Shown here: positions 15,305 through 28,110 of the stretch, one piece after another | Position numbering within the stretch: position 1 is the stretch's first letter | Layout: every line of letters begins with the position of its first letter | DNA from: the human T2T-CHM13v2.0 reference genome, Homo sapiens | Length of the DNA: 64,000 nucleotides | Assembly (NCBI RefSeq): GCF_009914755.1 | Contig: NC_060927.1 | Strand: one strand, 5' to 3' | Position numbers and translations under genes: made by a program | Notes under the pieces: generated by a model | Database searches by the model: none | What the model was told of the DNA's origin: nothing | Seen by the model: the letters and a program-made list of their open reading frames with translations, nothing else

Positions 15305-17006
15305 GAGGAGGTTTACCCAGAGAGAAGGGAGTGGGTAGACACTACAACTCCAGAAACAACAGCCACACTGTACCATAAAGGATGGTTAGATGGCTGGAAA
15401 AATAATGCCAAAGCAAACAGATACTGAATTCAACTTTTCTTTTCCAAAGGGACAGTAACATTAATATTATCATTATGGTCAGATGTCATTTGCCACAACT
15501 TATTGCTAGTGAGACCAACACTGAGCCGAAACATACATGAGCCATTTTCTCAGAACTAAGATCACTGTAAGATCCTCAACCTTCAGATGCTCAGAGCATT
15601 TCTTTAGATAATGTATTCAGCACCCACTACTTAAAAATAGTATCAATCATTATTGAACTGGTTGTGTCTGTGTCTACTATGCAGATCACATATTTATAGA
15701 TTCATTTTGTCACATTGAATATTCTATTTAGACAACAAAAAAAAACACAAGTAGATTTGAATTACATTCATTTTTATTTTAAGTCAATGGGAAATATAGA
15801 TACTGCATACTTCAAAAATTTACTCAGTTTGGATTCGACATTTAGTATCCAATTTTTCGGCTACTTTTTCTATATTAAAAATAACCTTGGCAAAAGCTTC
15901 TATTCGAAATAAAATAAAAAATACAAAAAGGGATTGTAAAGTAAGAGAAAGAAAAGCAAACTCAACTTGAAAACCTTTCAATTCTGAACAACTGGATTGT
16001 ATAGTGTAAAGCCTATCCCAACATTTTCTCAAGGAACTGGTGTGCTGATGATCCCCCAAACATTTTAATAATGTCCATAAACTTCAGAGGCTGAAGGACA
16101 GCAAGCAAAATGTGCTAACAAATGATAGACATTTGGCAAGATAAAATTTAAATATTTTTGTTTTTAAACCAGGAGAAAAACTATGAATTACCAGAAAATT
16201 CTAGTCATTTCTAAAACAAAATTGTAGAAGAGACATGTTAATGTAACTGTGTTTTTTTCTAAGCCATGTTTGAACAGTGTAATTATTTGTGATGTACAAA
16301 GAAAGGAGGAAAAAAATTAGAATGCAGAATTGTTGCTAGGGATTTGCAAACATCATGGAAAAAGTAGTACAAACCCTTGCCAAGATCCCAGAACTCTAAT
16401 CTCTGGATCCTGATCTCCAAAGGAAGGCTAGAAAATTCTGCCTTGGCCTAAAAGTCTTGAGAAAATGAGATTGAAAACTGTTGATAAAATCAGCTGGGAG
16501 AAAAATATATAAATGTTCTTGGCCCAAGTGACCAGGATTAGTATTTAAAATTTATGTTGTTAAGTAAATTCAAATACAAAATCAAAGAAAACTTTTGTCT
16601 AGCAACATGACTGCTTATGGTATGTGTTCTCTTACTGGTTAAATGTACCATAGACATATCCACACGCACACACACAAGAAAGTTCCAGTTTGAAGAACTT
16701 GACCTTTTCTCTCTTATGTATTTTTTCCTTCATTTATTTACCTTTGCAGTTCCAAATACATTTAGAAAACTACTCCCTAGACAATTGATAAGGCAGAATG
16801 TTAACTGGCCAAAAGTTTCTGGGGCACCTTTTAGCCCTCAGGGAGAATTGAAGGGAGATATCTGTGAGGTCTGGTCATAGGCACATTGAAAGGAAACAGG
16901 AAGTAACCATAGTAACCACTACCTAGGCTAGAAAAGGTGATTCTGTAGGGCCTGAGTGGTTCCATCCATTTTGAATGAAACTTAAATGCAAAGGCAGAGA
17001 GCAAGC

Positions 17007-17008
<2 letters not shown>

Positions 17009-17049
<41 letters not shown>
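17009..17049. repeat. (AC)20 microsatellite
   Basis: Perfect dinucleotide run. Confidence 0.97.
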
Positions 17050-17051
<2 letters not shown>

Positions 17052-17414
17052 TCCCGAGGCTCAAAAACAATAAACCTAAACAGAGTGACTAGCACTTTCA
17101 GTGACTCAAGACCCAGTCCCCTACAAATTCTAAACATCTTAGCTTCATTTTAAATGGTCAGCGAGAGCTTAGGAAAGGAGATGTCCTAGGCACAGTCTTC
17201 TTTCTTCCTCCCTTCCTCTCATAGAAAAAGCCCTAACCTTGTAGAATAAAACCTACTGTCAAAGTACCTTCTCATTTAGGACATTTTTAGGAAACTGTTC
17301 CCATCTATCCACTGAGTGTCATTCTCCTCTTGAACCTCTGAGTTCTATGGATCTCCCTGTGTCTTCTCACTGTACAAATAGAGTCACTTCCTCCTGCTGA
17401 ACATTGCTCAAATT

Positions 17415-17585
17415 GCCTCAAAATGTGGTCCCAGCATCACCTGGGAACTTATTAGAAATGTAAATTCACATAAACTGTTAAAATGGGGCCAAGCAATTTC
17501 TAGTTATGTTTTATTTTGTTTGTTTTTAAACAAACTTTGGGTGATTCTAAACCTTGATCAAATTGGAGAATCTCCAGTTTAAAGA
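17415..17585. mobile_element. MER5-like hAT-Charlie DNA transposon remnant
   Basis: CAAAATGTGGTCC..CAGCATCACCTGGGAACTTATTAGAAATG..GGTGATTCTA..TGGAGAATCTC. Confidence 0.55.
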
Positions 17586-17869
17586 ATCTTTCCTACCCAC
17601 TCACCCTGCTAATGGAAATGTTGAATGTAGGAGTTTGTATCCCTGAAGACTGAAAACAAATCTGGGAGGAAAGACAAGGACAAGCCCTCTGAAGCTGAGG
17701 GCTGAGAACAGAGCAGCCAATGAGCAGCCCTGGCTTCCCATCCACACGTAGCCCAGCACTGGATCTAGGGGACAACTGTTTAGGTTCCCAGTCCCACTTT
17801 GCTGTGACTACGAGCCCTGGTGAGTGAAAAAAGTGAAAGGGAGATAGCCATGTGCTCTTCTCCAAAGAG

Positions 17870-18570
17870 AACTCCAGAGAGGGATATGCTGACACTCTGG
17901 TAGGGAAGAAAGTTGTGGAAGGAAGAGTCAGAGGGGAAGACACTTGAGGCAAGGTTCTCCAACACAGACTGAGGAGTTCAGATACCACCCAGGAAAAGGC
18001 AGGGGGAGATGACTTGTGTGCCTGACTGGGAGTAGGAGTCTGAAGGTGAAGTATGTGTGGAAGGTATAGAGGATGTGAATATGGTGGGTGTAAGAGTTGG
18101 GGGGAAGGGATGCCTGGAGACACCTTGTGGGATATGAAGGCATGGGGAGGTGACTGATGTGAAAGAGTGAGTGAGGTTCTAATTGTGAGTGGGCAAGAAG
18201 AGTCTGGGGGCTTTGAGAGAATGTGTGGGAGTGTAGGCTGTGGAGATGAAGAGATTGGAGGTGGCAAATTGTCTGAGGGAAGTGAGGAGGATGAAGTAGA
18301 TGTGAGGGATTTGTGGGATTCTGTGGAAGTGGAGGATGAGGAGTAGTAGGGGTTTAGAGGGGGAGATGGGTAGAAGAGAATATGAGGGGCTATGAGTGTG
18401 AGAAGGTGAGGTTTAAGAAGGGTTGACGGAGTATGGAAAGGTGAGGTGGTGTGAGACAGTAAAAGAGGGTGGGGGAAGGTGAGAGGAGGGTGGAGTGGGA
18501 GAAAGCAAGAGGGCTCCACAGTCTTCCAAGCTACTGACAAAGGGAGTGAAGGGTAAGGGAAATGGGGATC
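17870..18570. repeat. Long G/A-rich low-complexity tract, followed by (AAAC)n at ~18597-18655
   Basis: Plus strand strongly C-depleted, with recurring GTGTGG/GAGG/GAAG words. Confidence 0.8.
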
Positions 18571-21500
18571 TGACATATGAATGAGGGTCAGGAGCTAAAA
18601 ACAAAACAAAACAAATGAAAAACAAAAACAAAACAAACAAACAAACAAACAAACAGCATACTTATGACCCCTTGTTCCCTCACCAGACAGCTTTAGCTAA
18701 ATCAGAGAATGAGCCCGAGTCCTGCTGAAGCACCTGGTACCTGCCAAATTCTCGCTCCCTGTGGGCATCAACTTCTGTGACTAAATTAAGGGGCTCCTGA
18801 AATGTCAGGTGCGAATGAAGTGTGGGAACTTTTCAGGTCTTCAGGCCCTGAACCCCTCTCTAAAGGCTGCAATGCCCCTTCCCCCTTCTTTAACTCTGAA
18901 TTCACAGTTTTTACACCAAAGAAGATTAAAATGGGGGCCCAGACTTCTCGAAATCCCAGATTTTCCAAGACTGCCCATAGGAAAGATTTCTAAGCATCAA
19001 GATCACAAATCTCACTTGCTTTCCAAAGCTTGGTGTGGCTTCTTCCAAATGCCCCTCTGGAATCCAGTCCCTGAACTATACTGCCTCAGCTTCTGCACTC
19101 TCTTTGTCAAGAGCAGGTGATTAGGGCAGGGTGGTGGTAGATGCAATAGGCATGGGAAATCAGAGCACAATTTATTGGTCAGAAGTTGTGAATCAAAACG
19201 GGGGATGAGAACTGTATTTCTCTGTACCAAGAAAGCCACCAGAGAATGACTGTTCTCTGAACCCCGACTCTAGCATGGCCTGCCTACTCATAGGCACAGA
19301 CAAAGGACCTGGAAGTGGAATCTCTGGGCTATTCCAATTAAGTTCAGTACTTGCTAGTTAAATACACATGACTCCAAAGCATCTCTAAATTTTTATTTAC
19401 AAAGTGGAGTTAAATTAATAGCAAATAATTGTTGAGGATTTTTAGAACAATACAAGCCTCATCTACATATATTAGGGGGAAATAACTACCTTGGAAGAAA
19501 TACAATGCAAACAGGGTACTTCCTCTTGGCTCTCTCGGATAGTTCCAAGTCCTATAATCTGACTTTACTTCTTCACTTTAATTTCAATGCATAGTAAAAA
19601 TGTAAAAACTTCACAGACTATAGTAGGTGTCATTTTATAATCCAGTCAGTAAGAATATTATTTATATAGAAGTTAATGTGTACTAGAGTCATCTAACAAA
19701 TTTTACAGTTATGGTGTCTTGTAAGTGCAATCATTTTACCTTTAAGAAATATTAATTTTATATGCAAACAATTTTTCAATAGACAACTGTCACATACTCA
19801 ACTCTTATAAGAATAAATCAATTACCTTAATTTTTCAATTATGAATATACTTATATTTTATAAAGTATAAAAATATTTTTTCCTCCTTTCTTCCTTATTT
19901 AATTTGTGTTATTTGTTTGAATAAGAACACTTCTGGCAATTGTGCTGTGTCTTTATTGATATCAATAAGTCACTATATGTTCTCTTGAACACTTCTAGGT
20001 AAAACCATTGACAGATTTCACAATATAAACATTTAATGGTATTTTTAGCTCTGGCCAAAAATATGCACAAACTCTATTAATAGATGTCTGTCAGCAAAAA
20101 ATGGAACTAACCAACTTTTATCTTCAATTGTAGTTACTATAATTAAATGAATGGAGTAAGTACTTGAATTTTTGATGGATAGAATATATGTGAGATACGT
20201 TTTATATAATATGCAGATTTTTTTCTAATGATTTTTAAAAATGTTTCTGTTTCAAATTGTGCAAATTTGGAAATTTATTGAATTCCTAAGCTGATTTTTG
20301 TAACAACTAGATTTAAATCTAAGTCCCTTGTATTCATCATCATGGATTGTAGATTCTAGGTCCCAATTTACTCATAACCCTGAATAAACTTAACCCATCA
20401 CAACCCCAGGTACAGGGAAGAAAAGGCTAGAAACATATTGCTGCCTTGCCTACACTATGTCACTGTAGGATATCCCAGAGAATAGAACCCTAATATTTGC
20501 CTTTCTATGTCTTTAATTCCTAAATTTTCTGAAGATTGTAGGATGTGGTACATAGCAAAGAGAAGAGAACATTTAGAATCATTTTATTTTAAAATAAAAC
20601 AACTTTGAAAAAGCAGTTGTGCATACACTTAATAAAACGGACAAATACCCTCTGAGAATTGAAATATGATTTTTATGTATATTTAGTTGCCCATATTGCT
20701 GAACCTAAAGCCAAAATGCACAGACATTTAAGGTAGACGTTTTGCATCTACCTTAAAAAAGTGTTTTGAAGTAGTTCATACTTATTACATTGTTAAGTAA
20801 GTAAGAAATAAGAATAACTTAACAAATTATTTCTGTTCGTTAAGAAATTATTATGGAGATTATTGAAAAATGGAGAGAGTCCCCTTAATTTTATTCTAGG
20901 TGCTTGTTCATAAACGTATTATTTTTTTCATTCTAAGATTGATGTTTTTACCTTTCTGCTACTTTTGTGCTGTACCTAAAGTCAATGTGGAACATGGCTT
21001 TTAAACAAACTTTCTCCTACCCTGAAAGTCTCCATAGCCCAACAGAGAGAAGGCAAATTTTGCCCAGGGATCAAGAGAAAGGATTTCCAAGGGAGAACTG
21101 GTGAACCCTCCCTCTTCTCCACCTGAATACAGTTCATGGAAATCTGAAAAATACCTTGCAAATGTTTGGAGAAATCACAGTGGCTTTCAGACATTCAAAT
21201 CTGCATTCCCAGACTGTGGCATGAGTTGGTGCTACCCTCGTCTACTGCATCCCTTGGACTGAAAGAAGTAAATACTCCTCTCTTTCAAGGGAATGAACCT
21301 CCCTGAAAGAATATTGAAAATAACCTCATTTTTCTTAATTTGCTCTCCCTGTCTTGGTAGTCCTGCCAACAGAATTGAGCCATGGAAATTGGTGAGGTTT
21401 TACCATGTTGCAGATAATGAAAGGAATGTGGAAAATTCTGATCTCAGCTAGAAACCACAGTTAAGGAAAGTTCATTTTGCTCCTATGTCAAAGTTCGGGA

Positions 21501-23718
21501 AAAGGCAGCCCAGTTATCTAAATAATTTCACATCTATAGTGAGAGGTTTAAAAGACTTAAACCAATTTTAGATTCTAAAAGGTGCTTTTCTCCTCCTGCT
21601 AAAGTATTTGGTTTTACTGAAGGAAGAGTTCAAAGCCATAAAGCTCAGTAATCGGGATAACTTCCCCCCAAGTTTCATGGGGTTTCCAGAGCACTGAGAG
21701 GCTGCTGGCTGGCCATGGCTCCTTTAGGAACAATAAATCCTCCAGAATCATATTCCAAACCTCCCCATTACCAGTTATCCTAATTATTAGTTTCTCACAG
21801 CTTTCTCCACTCTCCATCTCTCCTCTTCCTTCATCCACTCCCCATCTTTGTGGAAAAGCCATTTGTAAGAAAACTACATTCATGTGCCCTTTGATCAAAC
21901 AAGAACCTTTTGACTCCCACAAACATAAACTTTCCTTCGCTATCAGTTATCTTACCGACTTTTTTGGCAAGAAAAAAAATGCCAGAGAGATACATGTATT
22001 CCTCATCTAAATCATCTCTCTCCTATTTAACCAGCAACTAGCAATCATCCGACATTAATTTATACAGTTTGTGCAAATACCTAAGCTATTTAAAAGGCTG
22101 CTCTGGGTCGTGTGTGGCAGGGAACATCTATCTGGTGAATAGGCAGTGTCACACGGTAGCATGCTCTCTTGTCAAGACCGATTGTGTTTTAGGCAAACAT
22201 TTGCGCAAACATAAAGGCAAAGGTCAAGGACTGTTCAGTCCCAGTATGTGCTAATTCACCTAGCGAACCAATGGGGCAAAAGTTGCATTTTATATGCTCG
22301 CCCCCGCCAGACCCAAAGCAGGAGTCGCTCCTGCTAATGAACAAAATCGCCTCTGATCAGCTCCCTTGTCAATTTCTCTTCGGCTCTCTGATCCATTTCT
22401 CTGGGCTTCCTCAGAAATACAACTGGTAAAGACGTGTTTGCCAACATCTGGATCAGCTCCGCCCAATTTCTGGGGCAGCACATGTTTATTCCACGTTTCT
22501 GGTAGCAGAAAGCTAATAATAATAAATAAAATCTAGCTTGCTGCAGACGCTTGCAGGTACTCAAATGAAGGATTGCTCATTGCTGGCGTCTGAATATCCA
22601 TGCCATGCAGAAAAACAATATTATTTAAACCTCAGAATCGAATCTCAAAGCTGCAGGTTAGTGGCAGGAAAGTGCATTTGTAACACACGTTTGTGGAAAT
22701 GTGGTATGCGCGCGCACTGGGAGCCGCGTTTCTTTGGGACACTTCCCTACGTTCAGCGAATACAGGGCATCACTTTCCAGTGAAATATGCCTCCCCCACC
22801 AATATATCTACACCGTCTCCCACAGATAATGCCAGTTATTTTTCCAGCCCCTAAAAAAAAATACAAATGATTTCAAGTGGATGTCAACTTGAGCAACTCG
22901 GAAGTGGAATATTTTTAGGGTTAAACAAACGTGCGCACGCACCAACCGGTAGGGTTTACTCTGCATCAATAGTCATTTGGCAAGAACCAATGGCTGAGTT
23001 TTTGCAAATCGTCCATTTAAAGGAATAGTTTTTTTCCCTTGATAAACCCCAGAGTCGCAGCTGTGCGCATCCACAGGCAAGTAGTTTACACGTGCAAAAT
23101 TCATTCCTGAGTCAGGCGAGCCACAGGCTCAGCTGCGGCGCGGTGCGGCGCTTGCCTGGGGCTAGAGAGTCCACGACTTGTTGCCTCTGCGACCCGAAAG
23201 CGGCTCTCCAAACCCTGGCCACTCAGAATTTGAGGGCCTCTGGGTCTATGATGACAGGGCTCTAGGAGAAAGCGCCTCTCTGTAGAACACCCACAAAAAC
23301 AGAGCAAAGTCGCAGGAGGAAGTCATCCTAGGAGGGAGCTTGGAGTATTATTTCATTTCTTAAAAACAACAGAAAAACTCCCCACAGTGCATTTTCACTG
23401 CGTTCCAAAACCAAAGAGAAAACAGAAGAAAATATAACTTACCCCGACCTGCCACAATACTACATTTTGAGCGTCCTTTTAACACTTTGAGTCTTCCTTT
23501 AGTGTTGCAGCCTTTTCTTTCCTCTTGTCAGAAACCAACTTTCAAACTATCTGCGAAAAAATAATAAATTAAAAAAATAATAAAACCAGATCTTTTGTCA
23601 TATCTTGCCGGCTAGAGTCTGCCTCAAAGACTTCTTACTTCTTTCTCTACCAAAATTTCCTACACACCACCTGGGCAGCTTCACAAGGCTTAAAGTTTGT
23701 GTGGTTTGTGTGAGCAAA

Positions 23719-23760
23719 TGTGTGTGTGTGTGTGCTTGTGTGCGCGCGCGCGCGTGTGCG
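23719..23760. repeat. (TG)n-(CG)n alternating purine-pyrimidine tract
   Basis: TGTGTG..TGCGCGCGCGCGCGTGTGCG. Confidence 0.9.
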
Positions 23761-25439
23761 GATGTGGGCAGTTAGTTGCTTTTAAAAAGACATCGTTGTC
23801 CTTCAGAGTAATAAAAGTGTAGCCCCCATCTTTGGGTGTGGGGATTTTACATGCACTTCTCATTTCAGTTAACTTTTTTCGAGCTGAGAAAAGCTGCTAG
23901 CTTACTTTCGGGAGACTTTGCTCGTTATTCATCTGTTTAGTCGCCTCAGAGGCACAAAAGCGGATCTGCGGCGTTATGAAAAATGGCCTGGGCGCGGAGA
24001 ATGTCACAGTGGTCGGCGTATTATTTTAGCCCTTCTTAAAAAAAAAAAAAAAAAAAAAAACTCAGGGAAAGTTTGCTTTTGATGAATTCAATAAAAGCAA
24101 AGCTGCAACGGAAGAGATTTTCAGCTAAAATTATACAGCATGGGGCAGAGTTTAAAACAGCCAGATGGCCAAAGGTAGAGGGACCCTCTCGGTTTCAAAC
24201 CCCAGATATAGAATTCCACCGGCGAGCCTCTTAGTTTATTTAATCCCGCGTGTATCTTTTTTGTTTTCTTTCTTTCTTTTTTTTTTTTTTCAATTGATTT
24301 CCTAGCTCTTTTCTCCACCTCACTTTTGGTTTCCCACCCTAGAAGTTGCTGGTGAAACCCCATCTTGGGATTTGCAGAAGTCACTTTTCAATTTCCCCTT
24401 TGATAATAAAGTTAAACTTTCCAGCGCCAGCAGCCTGGAGTGAAGCGAACGCCTGAGGCGGTAGGCGGGTTCATTGCAGGCCACCATTCGGTTCCAGGTT
24501 CAAATCCCGCAGCCTTTGACCTCTCAGGCCACCTGTGGCTTTTGAATATAAGGACGAATATATTCATTCCAACCCCTCCCATTCCGTACCACAACTGGGG
24601 AAAACTAGAAGAGCCTGGTCACTCTCAACCTTGCCCCCTCATGGATCCTTCCCTCTCCTGTAATCGCAACTGCAGAGCCTTGTTATTCCCGGTAAATTCA
24701 TCAGCACTTCTCCCCATAATTTTCTTAGGAATGAGGAACACACAAACTGAGGTGATCACCGTGGCTTCCCAGACTTTGGAATGGGAACTATGAAGTTAAT
24801 CTGCATCCTATTTGAGCCATTTTCTTGGATTCGGATGTTGGCAAAGCAGAAAAAAGTGAGGAGGGGGGAGAGTGAGGTAAAGGAATTGGAAGCTTACTTC
24901 GAAAGTCTAAAGGAAGATCAAACTTATAGCCTGAGGCCCTTCCTTTGGAAAGGAAGGAAGGAGAAGAGGTTGGGTGGTGGGAGGGGTGGGGGGTGGGGGG
25001 TGGGCATTGGAAGCCACCCAGGATCCCACTTTTCAGCGCCAGCCCTGACGGGATTTAGTCTGGTGTGGGAGTTTGGCTACCACTTCCAGGAAGGCCTCCG
25101 AACGAACCCTACCCACATGTAAACACAGCTCTCCAGGCTAAGGAACAGTGTGGTAAGGGGCAAGTTTTCAAAAGGATTTGGCAATTTGAGGACCCTCAGC
25201 CCAGAAGACCACTCCTCCCCAATCACCCACTGGCAAGGATTTGGGGGTATGGTGGGAGCGGGGGCCAGAGAGATCCTGCAGGTTGAAGGCTAACATTGGG
25301 GTGATACTGGCTTCAAAGAACCTGCAGGAATGAAAGGGGAGGCAATCGCTCTGACCTGGATTTTCTGAGCCCCAGCCTTTCTACAGGGGACAGGCAGTCC
25401 AAAGAAAGAAAACAGTGGACCATTTGGCAGTGCACTACT

Positions 25440-25535
25440 CCAAGTGCCTGCTCTGCCACTTTCAGGCTGAGTGACCCCAGCAAAGTTTTTTAACCACTAC
25501 CTCAACCCTCCATTTTCTCGTCTGTAAAATAGTCA
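25440..25535 (+). mobile_element. MIR fragment
   Basis: CTCTGCCACTT..GCTGAGTGACC..CAAAGT..CCTCCATTTTCTCGTCTGTAAAATAG. Confidence 0.6.
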
Positions 25536-28011
25536 TGAAATAAAATCTGTTTCAAATCATTTTTTTGTTTGTTTTAAACAGGACTGTGAGTACAAAGCAT
25601 TTCCAGCAAATCCACAGTAAATACTCGTGTGTTGTGGATGTTGCCACTGTTGTTGTTTTGATTATAAATGCTGAAGTAGATTTTGCTGAGATAATACCAC
25701 AAAATATAGATTCCCAACGAGCGGTTCCTCGGACCCATGCCCTCACTCTTATTAGCTCTGAAGATTGAAAAGTGTCCAGGTTTGGACACCGAGAGCCCTT
25801 CCTGCACCTCTATCATTCTGGAATCAAATTCACAAGGTAAGAGCCTCTCCCCGACTGGGATCAAGCCCTCAAGCTGAGAGGCTCTCCCTGATCGTGTGAG
25901 ACGCGACCCAGTCGGGTCTGGGCAACTCCCTCCTTCCCTTGCGCTGGGCTGCAGAGCCCCCTGGAATACCTGAGGATATCCCCAACCTGGTCTCTCAAAG
26001 ATGCCCCGACACTGGAAGAAACCTTTAAAGATGGACTGGAGAAGCTCTTTTGGAAAAGACAAGGCGCTCACTTTTCCACTTTTGGGAAGTAAAATAAGAG
26101 AACCAGAGGAAGACGTCGCGGCGACTGAGGATCCCGCCAGCGCACCCAGCCTACTTCAAGTTCACATCTCAAGTCTTCCCACTCAAGTATTTTTTTTGCA
26201 GAGAATGCCGGGAAGAAACCTCTTCTCCCAGGAGGACTGCTGGGGGTCTGGGTAGGGAGAGTTTGGTTCCTGAGTGGGAGTCGCCACCTCCAGCTGCTCC
26301 CAGACCTGAGAAAAGGAGGCACAACTGCAGCTCGGAACCCAAGGCACACCTTTAAAATACACTGCCAAAATTAATGACCTCATATTGTAGGACAAAGGAG
26401 CTAAAAAAAAAAAAAACCCACTATATTTGGGGCCGGCTTACTTCAACCAGCATTTAGTGACACGTAGAGGAGAGGTTCTTTAACCTCTCCTCTTGGAGTT
26501 CCCCCACTTATTTGTAATGTTTGAAGTTCAGAATGGTTGATCCCGGTTTCTACCAGAACTGAGGAGTCAGTGAGGACTAAACTCTCTGTCAATATTTTCC
26601 CAATCTTGACTGCCACAACGACTCCCAGGGTATCTCATGCCTCAGACTCAAAATGGAGCCCTGCCTGGCACCCAAGTTAGAAATTGAGCAGGTACTCAGC
26701 GTCCTCAAGGGAAGGGACTATCAAGAGTCTAACGCCACTAGCCCTGGCTTTGGACTCTCTCACCTGCCAGGGAAGCTAGGGGCAAGAGCTGCTTGCTTAG
26801 GCTGCAGCAGTCCATCTGCTGGCCACCCCACCCTTGCTGCTAAGGCTCCTGACCTTGTAGATGACGGAATTCCCAGGAAAGTGTTATCGGAATATTCACA
26901 CCCTGAAGAATGGAGATAGGACAGAGAGAAATTCCTGGATAGAAATTCGTGTCTTGGTTGTTTGTAGATAAAGAAAATCCACTGGGTTTAAACTCGAAGG
27001 TTTCTGTAGTTTAAACTCAGAAAAACAATCTGTCTGTGCCCGACAGATATGTGTGGGAGTGGGGTGAAGCCGATTTAAATATCTGTGCTGTCAGATCCCT
27101 GAACTACTGAGCTGAAGATTTCTATGACTAATGAACTTTGCTTTGTGCTTTACAATTTTCATGAAACTATCAGAAACTATACCCACTTAAATACATGACC
27201 AGTTTCATAAATCACAAATTGTGGTATATCCAAAGCACTCATTTGCTTCACCTCACCTTTTGTGGCTCTCCATTTGGACAACTGCAGTGGCCCCAAAAGT
27301 TTGCACAAGACAAATCATGTTCCCACTCCCAACCCACCATCTCTCTCTTAATTCTCACTTGTTTGTGGCTTTTTATGTTGGGCAGTATCAATGGAAAGGA
27401 ACTTGGGCATTGGGTGGCTAACATTCCAGCCCACCAGAAGTGGGGTCTCAGCATTAATTGTCCCAATAAATTGAGATATACTGTGCATAATGCAATGGAG
27501 CAATATGGTTATAGTCCACATGTATGACTTAATTAAGCTATTTGCAACTTGATGTTGTAAGTCAATGGGTGTGCAAGTGGATTAACAATTGCTGGCTTCC
27601 TTATCCTCAGAATGGCACATAATTACTTTACTAGTGGTACATATCAATTTTTCATGATTGCGGAAGCCATGTCCCCTGCACCAGGAAGCCATTTATTAAC
27701 TCTCCATTGTGTATTAAAAAAAAAGTAGTGTTTGGAAATATTTTGAAGTCCCTCCCAACATTTGAATAGGTTCTTATTGTGGCTTTTAATGGGCTGTTGT
27801 TTTATTCCTGATGTGTTTTTTATAAAGGGGCAAAGGCTAAACTCTAAGTCCTTGCTCTGAGAGGGAATGGGAGTTCTCCTCTTGCCTTCCATGCAGAGAA
27901 TGCCTCTCCCCTATGCTCAATGCCAGGCTGGCAGAAGAGGATGTAGTGCACCAGAATAAAGGTATGCAGCTGAGCCACTGCCTCTAAAATTGTCTGGCCC
28001 CATCTCTCTCT

Positions 28012-28021
28012 ATAGATAGAT

Positions 28022-28073
<52 letters not shown>

Positions 28074-28110
28074 TAGATAGACAGGTAGATAGATAAATAT
28101 ATAGATAGAT
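28012..28110. repeat. (GATA)n tetranucleotide STR
   Basis: ~12 perfect GATA units (28022-28070) with degenerate flanks. Confidence 0.97.

Noticed and set aside
17593-18576. 327-aa minus-strand ORF (Pro/Ser/His/Leu-rich)
   Set aside because: Complement of the G/A low-complexity tract, which naturally lacks stops; no domain or splice context.
24430-24520. tRNA-like B-box GGTTCAAATCC (~24496-24506)
   Set aside because: No cloverleaf or convincing A-box; at most a SINE-derived or isolated TFIIIC-like site.
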